Positions 8,676 through 18,883 of a stretch of DNA of 64,000 bases are shown piece by piece. The notes under the pieces are model-generated. The model did not search any database. It saw only the letters and a list, made by a program, of their open reading frames with translations, and was not told the origin of the DNA. This stretch comes from an uncultured Lachnospiraceae bacterium (GTDB lineage: Bacteria > Bacillota > Clostridia > Lachnospirales > Lachnospiraceae): NCBI GenBank assembly GCA_910587635.1, contig CAJUNB010000027.1, forward strand, positions 36,677-100,676, read 5' to 3'. A program made the position numbers and the translations under genes. Position 1 is the stretch's first letter. Each line of letters begins with the position of its first letter.

Positions 8676-8738
8676 AAAAAACCTGGGCCCTGTCAGTATT
8701 CTGAATATCCAAAATACTGCCAAGGCTCAGGTTTTAAA
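8676..8738. terminator. Bidirectional terminator between convergent genes
   Basis: Long imperfect hairpin AAACCTGGGCCCTGTCAGTATT / AATACTGCCAAGGCTCAGGTTT, flanked by an A-run and a T-run. Confidence 0.55.
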
Positions 8739-8763
8739 AAATCCTTCCTCACATCTTTCTAGG

Positions 8764-10818
8764 CTAGTCCAGTGTAAATCCATTCACTATATCTTCCAGA
8801 CTGTCTGCCATTTCTGTATTTTCTTCCGCCTGGTTCTGAATTTCCACTGCAATGTCCTCCGTACTCTCACTTTTTCTCACAATCTCATTGATAGCAATAC
8901 TATTTTGTTCTGATATATTTTTTACATCCATAACATTATCCGAGATCTGCGTGATCGAAGTCTGAAGTTCCTTGACAAATACGCTTAATTTTTCTATATC
9001 CTGTTTGATAGCCTCTACTGAAACAGTGTAATGGTTAGATTTCTCAGCAAGATCACCAAAACTTTCAAGTACCTCACCTTCCATATACTCCAGGATCGCC
9101 CCCATACACCGATTCACTTCATCAATGCTGTCATTAGACGCCTCACACAATTTCTGAATATGTGCCGCAGTCCCTCTGGAATTTTCTGCCAGTTTACTGA
9201 TTTCTTCTGCCACTACAGCAAACCCTCTTCCCATTTCGCCGGATCTGGCCGCTTCAATAGAAGCATTGATGGATAACAGATTCGTCTGATTGGAAATATC
9301 CAGAATTGCCGATGCCATGCCGTTAATCTGTGACAAATTATTCAGTTTTTCCAGCGCAGCCTTTACAGAATCTTTCGTCTCTTCCAACTGCATACTCGTA
9401 TTCTGAAAAGAAGCATTTGCACTTCCCTTCATTTGCATTGCACCATCCATCATATCATCACTGAATTTAGAGCTGTTACGCAAACTGTCCGCCACTTCAC
9501 TGATACTGAGGTGCATACTTTCAACTTCTCCGTTAATGCTTTCAATCGCATTGTTAACATGATCCAAACTGGAAGAAAGCTGCTGTGTCGTAGAAATATT
9601 GTTAGTCACACACTCCACCAGCTCCGTGGAAGAGCCCCGAAGAGATACTGCCTTTTCATTCAGCTTCATGCAACATGACCGGAGCGTCCCCAATATATGA
9701 TTCAGCGATTTAATGACTTTGTCAGAGGCCGTAGCCATCTCTCCCAGGTCGTCATTTCTGTCAGCATACTTATGCAGCTCTCCCTTATCACTGATATTAC
9801 AGTCTGCGATTTGAAGTAATGTATTCGTAATCGGCGAAAGTGGCTTCATAAACCGTGAAATAACAAAATACGTCAATAACATCAAAAATACAAGTGCCAC
9901 AATACAAAGTGTGAGAAGTTCTACTCTGGCAACATTCGCCGTCATGAAAATTTCATCCTCTGTATCTGTCAAAATAAACAACCAGTTTCTGTCTGGAAAG
10001 TAATGATAAGCAGCAATACTGTCCTCTCCACCATCTGTATATTCTAAATATTCCGTCCCATGAGAAGTGCCACCATTTTCGTTCAGTTCCTTTACGATAT
10101 TGACAATAAAAGCTTCCTCCACTGATTGTCCAAGCTTTTCTTCCTCATCATGAAAAATATATTCACCTGTCTGGGTATTAATCAAATAATAACGTGCATT
10201 TTTCAACCCTGCGGTAGGCAAATTGTTAAGTTCTTCTTTTAACCCAGAAATAAAAATTCCTGCTCCTACCAATCCAATCGGTTTTCCGTTTTCATCCAGG
10301 CACGCACGATACATGGATACGATCTGTTTCTCACTGGCCGGTGAAAAAATAAAACCGGCATTATATACACCATCTGCTGACATCATGGAATCCTGCAAAG
10401 CTTTAAGGGACTCCCCCTCCCTTGTAGTAATGCCGACTACATCCTTATTTGTATGTGCCAACACGTGAGTATTCCATTCACTCACATAGATCCCTTCCAG
10501 GCGCTCTATATCTCCACTGAACATTTCAGTATATCTCTGAGCGGCAGCGACAGCGTCGGGATTGGATGGGTCTGCCAAAAGATCCGCAATTTCTCCTGCC
10601 CTGCTATATGCAGTCAGATAGCCTTCTGCCTTACGGACATAGCTTTCTATGATCTGCGATCTGTCATCAACAATCGTTTTCATGCTTTCAACTGTATTTT
10701 CACGAATATTCCCTGTAATTGTTTTGCTCATGAAAATATATAACATGACAAATATCACAATCTGCAATGTCATAATATATAATGTGATCCGATAAGCAAC
10801 TTTTTTCTTCTGCTTCAT
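8764..10818 (-). CDS. Methyl-accepting chemotaxis protein (Cache-like sensor, HAMP, MA domain)
   Basis: 684 aa. Two TM segments bracket a periplasmic domain of about 270 aa. Conserved signalling hairpin [27 protein letters not shown]. Confidence 0.9.
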   Translation of the reverse strand: MKQKKKVAYRITLYIMTLQIVIFVMLYIFMSKTITGNIRENTVESMKTIVDDRSQIIESYVRKAEGYLTAYSRAGEIADLLADPSNPDAVAAAQRYTEMFSGDIERLEGIYVSEWNTHVLAHTNKDVVGITTREGESLKALQDSMMSADGVYNAGFIFSPASEKQIVSMYRACLDENGKPIGLVGAGIFISGLKEELNNLPTAGLKNARYYLINTQTGEYIFHDEEEKLGQSVEEAFIVNIVKELNENGGTSHGTEYLEYTDGGEDSIAAYHYFPDRNWLFILTDTEDEIFMTANVARVELLTLCIVALVFLMLLTYFVISRFMKPLSPITNTLLQIADCNISDKGELHKYADRNDDLGEMATASDKVIKSLNHILGTLRSCCMKLNEKAVSLRGSSTELVECVTNNISTTQQLSSSLDHVNNAIESINGEVESMHLSISEVADSLRNSSKFSDDMMDGAMQMKGSANASFQNTSMQLEETKDSVKAALEKLNNLSQINGMASAILDISNQTNLLSINASIEAARSGEMGRGFAVVAEEISKLAENSRGTAAHIQKLCEASNDSIDEVNRCMGAILEYMEGEVLESFGDLAEKSNHYTVSVEAIKQDIEKLSVFVKELQTSITQISDNVMDVKNISEQNSIAINEIVRKSESTEDIAVEIQNQAEENTEMADSLEDIVNGFTLD

Positions 10819-10913
10819 TCCACATTTTCCCCCATAATTAAATCAGATATCATTATTGTATAAAAGTTCTATTTTTCTGTCAAATGTCTTGTCATTTGAT
10901 ACTTTGACCATCG

Positions 10914-10953
10914 TCAAAAGCCCATTACACAATCAGAAGATTGTATAATGGGC
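10914..10953 (-). terminator. Rho-independent terminator after cheR
   Basis: Reverse strand: GCCCATTATACAATC-TTCT-GATTGTGTAATGGGC followed by TTTTGA. Confidence 0.65.
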
Positions 10954-11006
10954 CCAATTAACTGTTAAAACTTATTAAAAATTAGATACCCGCAACAGAT
11001 ATCTTC

Positions 11007-11786
11007 CTACTCTATATTTTCATAGTAGAAAGAATTTTTCCTTTCCAAATGGATGTCTTTATAATTAATAATCTGTTCTGTACTGCCTATAAAAAGGATA
11101 CCGCCTCTGGCAAGAGACTTCTGGAATTTGGCAAACACTTCATCCTTCGCTTCCTCTGTAAAATAGATCAATACATTTCGGCAGACAATCATGTGATAAT
11201 TCGTAGGATATGTATCTTTCAGCAGATTGTGCTCTTTAAATTCCACCCGAGCCATAATCTCTTTTGAAATCTGATAAGAAGGACCTACTTTTGTAAAATA
11301 CTTCTGTTTCAGATCAGCAGGAACCGAAGCAATACTCTTTTCTGAATACAACCCCGCTTTTGCGGCGGCAATCACCTGTTTATCCAAATCAGTTGCAAAT
11401 ATTTTGATCTGGTTCAGTGGAATATGTCTGGAAAGCGCCATGACAAGAGAATAGGGCTCATCCCCTGTGGAACAAGCGGCGCTCCAGATTTTCAGATTTT
11501 TTCCAAATTTTCCGATCAGTTCCGGTATAATTTCCTTATCCATCAACTCCCACTGAGACGGATTCCGATAAAACTCGGAAACATTGATGGTCAGATAATT
11601 GACAAATTCTTCAAATCTCTCTTTATCTGATTTCAGAAGTTTTACATAGTTGTCATATCCCTTAACCCGATGCTTACCGATCAACGTATCAATACGCCGC
11701 TTCATCTGCTTTTCTTTGTAAGCGTTCAGATCAATCTTCGTCATATCATAAATGGCTTTTTTAAAATATTCGTAATCGTATTCCAC
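11007..11786 (-). CDS. cheR: Chemotaxis protein methyltransferase
   Basis: 259 aa. CheR N-terminal helical domain and SAM-binding region IWSAACSTGDEPYSL. Confidence 0.9.
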   Translation of the reverse strand: MEYDYEYFKKAIYDMTKIDLNAYKEKQMKRRIDTLIGKHRVKGYDNYVKLLKSDKERFEEFVNYLTINVSEFYRNPSQWELMDKEIIPELIGKFGKNLKIWSAACSTGDEPYSLVMALSRHIPLNQIKIFATDLDKQVIAAAKAGLYSEKSIASVPADLKQKYFTKVGPSYQISKEIMARVEFKEHNLLKDTYPTNYHMIVCRNVLIYFTEEAKDEVFAKFQKSLARGGILFIGSTEQIINYKDIHLERKNSFYYENIE

Positions 11787-11807
11787 GTCTCTGCGCCCCC
11801 ATAATCA

Positions 11808-12950
11808 TTATTCTTGCGATGCTTCCTGCGCGATTACTGCTTCGATATCTACGGAAACAACATCCGCATCTTCCTCTTTTACCTCTTCCTTTGGCTCAGG
11901 AGCCAAAAGAGCTTTCATACTCAGGCTGATCTTTTTGCTTTCTTCATTAAAATCAACTACTTTTGCAGTGATACTCTCGCCAATTTTAAGTACATCAGAA
12001 GGTTTTTCCACATGTTCTTTGGAAATCTGTGAAACATGAAGAAGCGCATCCACGCCAGTCTCCAACTCTACAAAAGCACCAAAATCTGTCATTCTTGCTA
12101 CCGTTCCGGTTACAATATTACCCACCGCATATTTGGAAGCTGCATCTTTCCAGGGATTTGCATCTGCAAATTTAAGGCTCAATGCAATTTTCGTCCCGGA
12201 AATCTCTTTAATTAGCACTTTCATCTCGTCGCCGACTTTAAATACTTTTTTCGGATTCTCTACTCTTCCCCATGACATCTCGGAGATATGAAGCAGGCCG
12301 TCCACACCGCCAAGATCGATAAACGCACCAAAGTCTGTCACATTTTTAACGACGCCGGATACCGTATCGCCTTCTTTGATTCTTTCAAACAGCTCTTTCT
12401 GCAGCTCCGCTTTCTTTGCAACAATAAGCTGCTTTCTATCTCCGATATATCTTCTTCTTCTCGGATTGTATTCACTGATTACAAATTCAATTTCCTGATC
12501 CGCATATTTGGTCAAATCTTTTTCATACGTATCCGATACAAGACTTGCGGGAATAAAAATTCTGACTTCTTCTACAATAACACTCAAGCCACCATCCAGC
12601 ACCTGAGCAACTTTTGCTTTCAATACCTCTTTATTATTATATGCCTCTTCGATGCGCTTATTGCCCCTGTCTGCCGCAAGACGCTTATAAGTTAAAAGGA
12701 CCTGACCCTCACTATCGTTTACTTTGAACACTTTCACTTCCATCGTATCGCCTACATGCAATACGGATGTCAAATCCACACTTGAATCATTTGTATACTC
12801 ATTCTTTGTAAGAATACCGTCCGATTTATATCCGATATTCAGAATCGCCTCATCGGGTTTTACATCAATAACCGTACCCTCGACTACCTCCCCTGAATGA
12901 ATTGTTCTGAATGATTCGTCTAACATTTGTTCAAAAGTTAACTCTGACAT
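11808..12950 (-). CDS. rpsA: 30S ribosomal protein S1 (four S1 domains)
   Basis: Repeated S1 OB-fold motifs (G.V..V..FGAF..L....GL.H.SE). The ATG at 12950 is preceded by GAGGAGG. Overlaps the ispH 3' end. Confidence 0.88.
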   Translation of the reverse strand: MSELTFEQMLDESFRTIHSGEVVEGTVIDVKPDEAILNIGYKSDGILTKNEYTNDSSVDLTSVLHVGDTMEVKVFKVNDSEGQVLLTYKRLAADRGNKRIEEAYNNKEVLKAKVAQVLDGGLSVIVEEVRIFIPASLVSDTYEKDLTKYADQEIEFVISEYNPRRRRYIGDRKQLIVAKKAELQKELFERIKEGDTVSGVVKNVTDFGAFIDLGGVDGLLHISEMSWGRVENPKKVFKVGDEMKVLIKEISGTKIALSLKFADANPWKDAASKYAVGNIVTGTVARMTDFGAFVELETGVDALLHVSQISKEHVEKPSDVLKIGESITAKVVDFNEESKKISLSMKALLAPEPKEEVKEEDADVVSVDIEAVIAQEASQE

Positions 12951-13779
12951 AATTTTGAACCTCCTCAATTATATTATTCGGGGTCGATGCCCCTGCCGTA
13001 ATGCCTACTCGAATAACAGAATCTGGGAAGTCCAATCGCAAGCCGTCCAGTGTCTGTATAAAACAGGTATTCTCACATTCTTTCCTGCATATTTCATACA
13101 GCTTTTTTGTATTAGAACTGTGATTTCCTCCTATTACTATCATCGCATCGACTTGGGAAGCAATGACCTTCGCTTCCGCCTGTCTCTCCTCAGTCGCATT
13201 ACATATAGTATTCACAACATTAACATTATAACCTTTTTTTTGAATAATTTCAACTAATTCTTGAAATTTATTGTAGTTAAATGTCGTCTGTGATACAAGA
13301 CAAATATCTTTTTCTTCAGGACAGAAGAAGTTTTCCGCCTCTTTTTCCGATTCTATAATAACCGCCGGCGTCTCTGACCATCCCATGATTCCCTCTACTT
13401 CCGGGTGCCCGGGATTGCCGATAATGATGATCTGTCTGCCCGCCCGACTCTCCTTTTCTACGATCTTATGGATACGCTTTACAAAGGGACAGGTAGCGTC
13501 CACGCATTCCAATCCCTTCTCCTCTATCTTTCTCCCAATCTCTCTTGAAACTCCATGGGAACGGATAACGACGGTTCCTTCCGTCAGCGCTTCCAGCTCC
13601 TCATCACAGGTGAGTACCTTGACCCCCTTTTTTTCCAGGTCTTTGACCACCTCTTCATTGTGGATAATAGGACCGTACGTGTAAATCTGCTTACCTTTTC
13701 CTATTTGCTCATATACGGTATCTACCGCCCGCTTCACTCCAAAGCAAAAACCGGCGCTTTCTGCAAGAATGACTTCCAT
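12931..13779 (-). CDS. ispH: 4-hydroxy-3-methylbut-2-enyl diphosphate reductase
   Basis: 282 aa. N-terminal AESAGFCFGVKRAV and conserved Cys positions of IspH/LytB. Sits in the cmk-ispH-rpsA arrangement common in Clostridia. Confidence 0.9.
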   Translation of the reverse strand: MEVILAESAGFCFGVKRAVDTVYEQIGKGKQIYTYGPIIHNEEVVKDLEKKGVKVLTCDEELEALTEGTVVIRSHGVSREIGRKIEEKGLECVDATCPFVKRIHKIVEKESRAGRQIIIIGNPGHPEVEGIMGWSETPAVIIESEKEAENFFCPEEKDICLVSQTTFNYNKFQELVEIIQKKGYNVNVVNTICNATEERQAEAKVIASQVDAMIVIGGNHSSNTKKLYEICRKECENTCFIQTLDGLRLDFPDSVIRVGITAGASTPNNIIEEVQNYVRVNF

Positions 13780-13781
13780 CG

Positions 13782-14456
13782 TTATCTTTCATATCCCTTC
13801 TGTCTGCACAGCTCTATGACCGTCATGACCGCTTCTTCGATATCCATATCAGAGGTATCGATTAGCACTGCGTCTTCCGCCTGTTTCAAAGGAGAGATCT
13901 CTCTCGTCATATCTCTTCTGTCCCTGTCACGGATATCAGCTTCAATAGCAGCTAAGGCACACTGTTCCCCCTTGGCAGTGAGCTCACCAAAACGTCTTTT
14001 TGCCCTGACTTCCACACTGGCTGTCAGATATATCTTTATCTCAGCCGATGGGAGAACACACGTTCCGATATCTCTTCCATCCATGACTACATTTTCTCTC
14101 TTTGCCAGCGCCTGCTGCAGACTGACCAGCTTTTTTCTCACATTGGCATTGGCGGAACTGATGGATGCCATTTTACTCACTTCTTCCGTCCGTATGAGCT
14201 TATTGACATTTTCTCCATTTAGCAATACCACCTGTTCTCCATTTTCATACCGGATTGTGATGTCCGCTTCCTGACATTGTTCATTGATCTTCTCCATCTC
14301 TTCCGGCTTTACATGATTACGAAGTAAAAACAATGCCATTGCACGGTACATGGCTCCGGTATCCACATAAATATAATTCATCCTCTTGGCAACTGCCTTG
14401 GCTATCGTACTTTTTCCGGCCCCTGCCGGTCCGTCAATCGCAATATTATAACTCAT
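13782..14456 (-). CDS. cmk: Cytidylate kinase
   Basis: P-loop IAIDGPAGAGKSTIAK, length 224 aa. Confidence 0.92.
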   Translation of the reverse strand: MSYNIAIDGPAGAGKSTIAKAVAKRMNYIYVDTGAMYRAMALFLLRNHVKPEEMEKINEQCQEADITIRYENGEQVVLLNGENVNKLIRTEEVSKMASISSANANVRKKLVSLQQALAKRENVVMDGRDIGTCVLPSAEIKIYLTASVEVRAKRRFGELTAKGEQCALAAIEADIRDRDRRDMTREISPLKQAEDAVLIDTSDMDIEEAVMTVIELCRQKGYER

Positions 14457-15700
14457 ATATGCCCTCCTGCTGCATTTTCTCCCGCAATATATCCTGTAGA
14501 CCAGGCGATCTGCAAATTAAATCCTCCGGTCAAAGCATCCAAATCCAATACTTCTCCCGCAAAGTAAAGTCCCTGTACCAGCCTGGATTCCATTGTCGAA
14601 GGATTCACCTCCTTTACGTCTACCCCGCCCATTGTAATGACCGCTTCCTCATATCCTCTCGTCCCTGTGACTTCCATCCTCCAGTGCTTAATGAGAAAAG
14701 CAAAACGCTTTCTCTCTTCTCTTGTAATTTCATGCACCGGTTTGTCCTGTTCAATTCCCGACAATGCTATCATAACCGGGACGAGTCGGGTCGGAAACAG
14801 ACCCCCTAAAGCATTTTTAAACAGTTTATTCTGATTGGCGGAAAAATCCCGCAGCAATCTTTTATCCAATTGTTCTTCTGTCAGAGCCGGTTTCAGGTCC
14901 AATTCCAAATAGCACATGCTATCTTCCCATTTTCCATCAAAATAGCTGCTGGCACTTAATACCAAGGGACCACTGACTCCGAAATGAGTGAACAGCATCT
15001 CGCCAAATCCTTCATAAACAGCCTTCCCTTTTTCTCCCAAAAAAAGAGAAAGCCCCACGTTTTTCAAAGATAACCCTTGTAATCTTTTCGGATAATCCTC
15101 TTGGATGGTAAACGGAACAAGAGACGGCCGTGTCGGTACAATACGATGACCTCCATGGAGCGCCATCGCATATCCTTCTCCTGTAGAACCGGTGGACGGA
15201 TAAGAAAGCCCACCGGTGGCCACTATGACCGCGCCTGCTTTTTCTTCTTTCCCATTTTTTAAAACAACACCCTCTACTTTGTTATCCCTGTATATAATAT
15301 CCTTTACTTCTGTTCCCAGATGAAGGATTACACCCGTTTTCTCCAACTGTCGCTCCAGTGCCCGGATTACATCAGAAGCATGATCAGAAACCGGAAATAC
15401 CCGATTTCCCCGTTCCACTTTCAAAGGGCATCCCATCTCACGAAAAAAATCCATAGTCATAAAATTCGAAAATCCATAAAAGGCACTATACAAAAACTTC
15501 GCGTTGTGTCTCACATGATCAAAAAGCTCTTCTGTATCACAAGCATTGGTCAGATTACACCGGCCTTTTCCGGTAATATAGATCTTTTTTCCGACCTTTT
15601 CATTTTTCTCCAGCAAAACCACCCTGGCTCCACTGCAGGCGGCTCTGTATGCAGCCATCATACCAGCCGCTCCCGCTCCGATTACGATAATATCAGCCAT
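14453..15700 (-). CDS. HI0933/YhiN-family FAD-dependent oxidoreductase
   Basis: MADIIVIGAGAAGMMAA dinucleotide-binding motif and family-typical length. The ATG at 15700 overlaps the RpiR stop; the ORF-track start at 15778 is probably too far upstream. Confidence 0.82.
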   Translation of the reverse strand: MADIIVIGAGAAGMMAAYRAACSGARVVLLEKNEKVGKKIYITGKGRCNLTNACDTEELFDHVRHNAKFLYSAFYGFSNFMTMDFFREMGCPLKVERGNRVFPVSDHASDVIRALERQLEKTGVILHLGTEVKDIIYRDNKVEGVVLKNGKEEKAGAVIVATGGLSYPSTGSTGEGYAMALHGGHRIVPTRPSLVPFTIQEDYPKRLQGLSLKNVGLSLFLGEKGKAVYEGFGEMLFTHFGVSGPLVLSASSYFDGKWEDSMCYLELDLKPALTEEQLDKRLLRDFSANQNKLFKNALGGLFPTRLVPVMIALSGIEQDKPVHEITREERKRFAFLIKHWRMEVTGTRGYEEAVITMGGVDVKEVNPSTMESRLVQGLYFAGEVLDLDALTGGFNLQIAWSTGYIAGENAAGGHI

Positions 15701-16622
15701 CTGTTTCCCTTTTCCATGTTTCTCCCATAACCGGTTCCTCTCCGATAAAGTTAATCTCATCGTGGATACCGATCTCATAATTATTCCATACCGCTTCCAG
15801 GATTTCCAGCTCTTGTTTCACTTCTTCGGGACATTTTACACAGAGAGCCACCACAAGCGCATTGATGACACTCAAGGGCGCCACAAGAGAATCTACTATC
15901 GACACCATATCACTCCTTGCCAGCAAATTACAGGAAGAATACAGATTCATCGGGGAATGAATGCTGTCAGTTATTGTAATTACCTTCGCATTTCTGTCAT
16001 TGGCAAATTCCATTGCTTTCAGTGTACGCATGGAATACCTGGGAAAACTGATACCGATCATCGCATCCCTTTCATCAATCCGTATAATCTGTTCAAATAT
16101 TTCGCTAATATTGGTAGTTCTGACAAGGTGTACACTCCCCCGAATCATATTCAAATAAAAACTCAAAAAATCCGCAAGAGGTTCGCAGCTTCTAATACCG
16201 ACTATATAGACTGTCTTCGCCTGTAAAATAATGTCCACTGCCGTTTCAAACGCATCCGGGTCCAAATGCTCCATCGTATGCTGGAGCTTTTCAATATCTG
16301 CAGCTAATACGGCGTTTAATATTTCTGACTGTGTACTTTTACCATACCTGGCACTTATTTTCTGTACCCGGCTCAATTTACTCTGCACCCACGCTTCCAG
16401 TGCTTTCTGAAGTTCAGGATATCCTTCATAATCCAGCCCTGAGGCAAATCGAACAACAGTAGATTCACTGATTCCCAGCTCCTCCCCCATTCTGGCCGCT
16501 GTCATAAACACTGCCTGTTCATAATGATCTGCGATAAAAGCCGCAATCCGTTTGTGACTTTTACTCATAGAAGCATACCTGTCATTGATACGGGTAATTA
16601 CATCGCTTCTGTCTCCTTTCAT
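15693..16622 (-). CDS. MurR/RpiR-family transcriptional regulator (HTH_6 + SIS)
   Basis: N-terminal HTH (ELGISESTVVRFA) followed by a SIS-domain-like region. Confidence 0.82.
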   Translation of the reverse strand: MKGDRSDVITRINDRYASMSKSHKRIAAFIADHYEQAVFMTAARMGEELGISESTVVRFASGLDYEGYPELQKALEAWVQSKLSRVQKISARYGKSTQSEILNAVLAADIEKLQHTMEHLDPDAFETAVDIILQAKTVYIVGIRSCEPLADFLSFYLNMIRGSVHLVRTTNISEIFEQIIRIDERDAMIGISFPRYSMRTLKAMEFANDRNAKVITITDSIHSPMNLYSSCNLLARSDMVSIVDSLVAPLSVINALVVALCVKCPEEVKQELEILEAVWNNYEIGIHDEINFIGEEPVMGETWKRETDG

Positions 16623-16625
16623 AAA

Positions 16626-17183
16626 TTAATCCACAGCTCCCGCATATGCCCTATAAGCATCTTTTAATAAATACAATGTTTCTTCCTCTGACAGATCATA
16701 GTCTCCTGTCAGAGACATACAGGCCGCTCCGTGAATAAAAATCCATATTTTCATAAAAAGCTCACCAGGACTTTTGACACCTTCCGTCTTTGCCTTTGCT
16801 GCATCCCGACTGACAATTCCTCCATTCCCATTCAACAGCTCATACATACTCCGCCCGCCTCGATGTTCTGATAAAAATAACAGGCGAAATACATTTTTTT
16901 CCAATGTGGCAAAGCGTATGTATACCATTCCCAAGTTAATAAAAGGTAACTCTTCTGTAAAAGAACATTCCCTGTAAAAGTCTTCAAAAAAAACAATTGC
17001 TCTTTTATAGATTTCTCCAATCAATTGGTCCATATTTTCATATAGCCGAAAAATAGGTTGTGTAGAACACCCTACCTTTGCCGCCAGTTTTCTAGCTGTT
17101 ACCTGTTCGAATCCCTCTTCTCTCATCAGCACAAATGCATTATCCAAAATCATGTTTTCCGTAACAGTTGCTTTTCTTGCCAT
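16626..17183 (-). CDS. TetR/AcrR-family transcriptional regulator
   Basis: N-terminal HTH GFEQVTARKLAAKVGCSTQPIFRLY. The ATG at 17183 is preceded by AAAGGAG. Confidence 0.85.
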   Translation of the reverse strand: MARKATVTENMILDNAFVLMREEGFEQVTARKLAAKVGCSTQPIFRLYENMDQLIGEIYKRAIVFFEDFYRECSFTEELPFINLGMVYIRFATLEKNVFRLLFLSEHRGGRSMYELLNGNGGIVSRDAAKAKTEGVKSPGELFMKIWIFIHGAACMSLTGDYDLSEEETLYLLKDAYRAYAGAVD

Positions 17184-17304
17184 ATTTTTCTCCTTTGACA
17201 CTGTTTCTCTGTTCACTGAAGGTAACATTTGTTATTCTATATCAAATACACACGATTGTCAAGAATTCCCAGAAAAACCTGTAATATTTTGTCTGACTGT
17301 GCCT

Positions 17305-18621
17305 CTATTCGCTCAGCCATGGAACCCTAATATTCTGATCTGGATAGATCAGGTCTGGATTGTTCAGATGGTTGTACTCTATAAAGGAAGGAAAATCATA
17401 TTTCCAGGCATTTTCTTTTCCATGCTGTTTATAAATTTTCCACATATTTTCTCCTTCTCTTACCACATGCACATAATCTGACTCTCGAAAAGTCTGCATC
17501 ATAACAGACAGCACATGCCTGCAGCCCTCTTTCTGCAAAGATTCTTTTCTGATTCTGGATGCCATGTACCATCCGCCTGCCCCTTTTTTCATAAGCGGTA
17601 TGGCAAGTGTCAGTTCATAAATATCGGTTGTCCCCTGCCAGATGAGATATTCATATTTTCCTTTTGTTTCTTTTTTACATTCCCAGTCAATCTTCTGATC
17701 TACACCCGGCGGTAACAACAAGTCAAAATCCGCTCCACAGGCTTCCACATAGGCACGTACCTTTTTTTCATCCGAAAAGTCCTGATCGGGTATCTGACTA
17801 ATCCATGTCTCGCCCAGATCTTTTTCCGGGTCTTCCGTCAGACTCCAGAGGCCGCTTTCCGCAGACCAGATCCGATAGTGGGCATCATCCCACCCTTCTT
17901 CTCCCTGTACCAGAAATACCTTCGTAATATCTATTGTCGCCACAGTCACCTGTTCACCGGTCTCTGCCTTTGTTGTCAATATATAGTTCAAATCCCACCA
18001 GCTCGTATTGTCTGATTTTCTGTCCGTTCTTCCTCCACCAGTAAAAATCAGCGTATATTCCCTCTCCTTTGGATGGATCTCAGGATAACCAGACAGGAAC
18101 TCCTCCAGTGGCTTCTGGAAATATCCTTCCCGGATCAGCCTGCGCGCCGTCTCCATTCCCGCCTCAAACTCAGGGACATCTTCTCCCACCACATTGTGCC
18201 ATTTATCCTTTGTCTCCCATTCTTTCTCTGTATACTCTTCTGTTGAAAATATAGGAACTCCGAAGGCTCTTGTTCTCATATCTCCCCCTGGCACGGAAAC
18301 CCATATGTTATTCAGATTCATAGTGGAGACCTCTTCTTCTTTCCGGCTGCCATCGCTCTGCTCCACTTTTATCATCTCGCTATACGTATCCTTTATATTG
18401 CAGACAAGCCCCATATATTCTACGTTATCTGGCAGCGGCTCTCCATCATCCACTACTTTAATTTTTGGAAATCCCCCCGCCTTTTTCCCGCTGCTCTCTT
18501 TGGCCGATACTACAGGTGTATGTAAAATCCCCGGTAACATGAAGCTTCCGTCGGATACCGTTTCCATCGTGATTACCGCTCCCAATAAAAAGGCCACTGC
18601 TATTTTTCTTCTTTTTCCCAT
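17305..18621 (-). CDS. Secreted protein of unknown function with C-terminal LysM domain
   Basis: Signal peptide MGKRRKIAVAFLLGAVITM. C-terminal YVHVVREGENMWKIYKQH...NPDLIYPDQNIRVP matches the LysM pattern. I do not recognise the middle region of about 350 aa. Confidence 0.7.
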   Translation of the reverse strand: MGKRRKIAVAFLLGAVITMETVSDGSFMLPGILHTPVVSAKESSGKKAGGFPKIKVVDDGEPLPDNVEYMGLVCNIKDTYSEMIKVEQSDGSRKEEEVSTMNLNNIWVSVPGGDMRTRAFGVPIFSTEEYTEKEWETKDKWHNVVGEDVPEFEAGMETARRLIREGYFQKPLEEFLSGYPEIHPKEREYTLIFTGGGRTDRKSDNTSWWDLNYILTTKAETGEQVTVATIDITKVFLVQGEEGWDDAHYRIWSAESGLWSLTEDPEKDLGETWISQIPDQDFSDEKKVRAYVEACGADFDLLLPPGVDQKIDWECKKETKGKYEYLIWQGTTDIYELTLAIPLMKKGAGGWYMASRIRKESLQKEGCRHVLSVMMQTFRESDYVHVVREGENMWKIYKQHGKENAWKYDFPSFIEYNHLNNPDLIYPDQNIRVPWLSE

Positions 18622-18833
18622 ACGTTTTCCCTCTCTTCAGTGCGATCTCTGTTTTTGTTCTATGAGGAATTGCGCAACAATCTACTATGTCGGTTTTCAA
18701 AAGGTCGCATTTATGAATTCTCTTCCTTAGTATTACTTAATGTTCCGTTACCCTCAGTGGACAAGGGCACTATCAGCAGTCTTCACTGACCCACAATAAA
18801 AACAAGACCTTTTGACACCTTAATCCATAGTAT

Positions 18834-18864
18834 GAAAAAGAATCCCGCAAGCGGGATTCTTTTA
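18834..18864 (-). terminator. Rho-independent terminator after the 5S-like carboxyltransferase gene
   Basis: Hairpin AAGAATCCC-gcaagc-GGGATTCTT followed by a T-run on the reverse strand. Confidence 0.6.
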
Positions 18865-18883
18865 TGCAATCACTATTTCCAGA

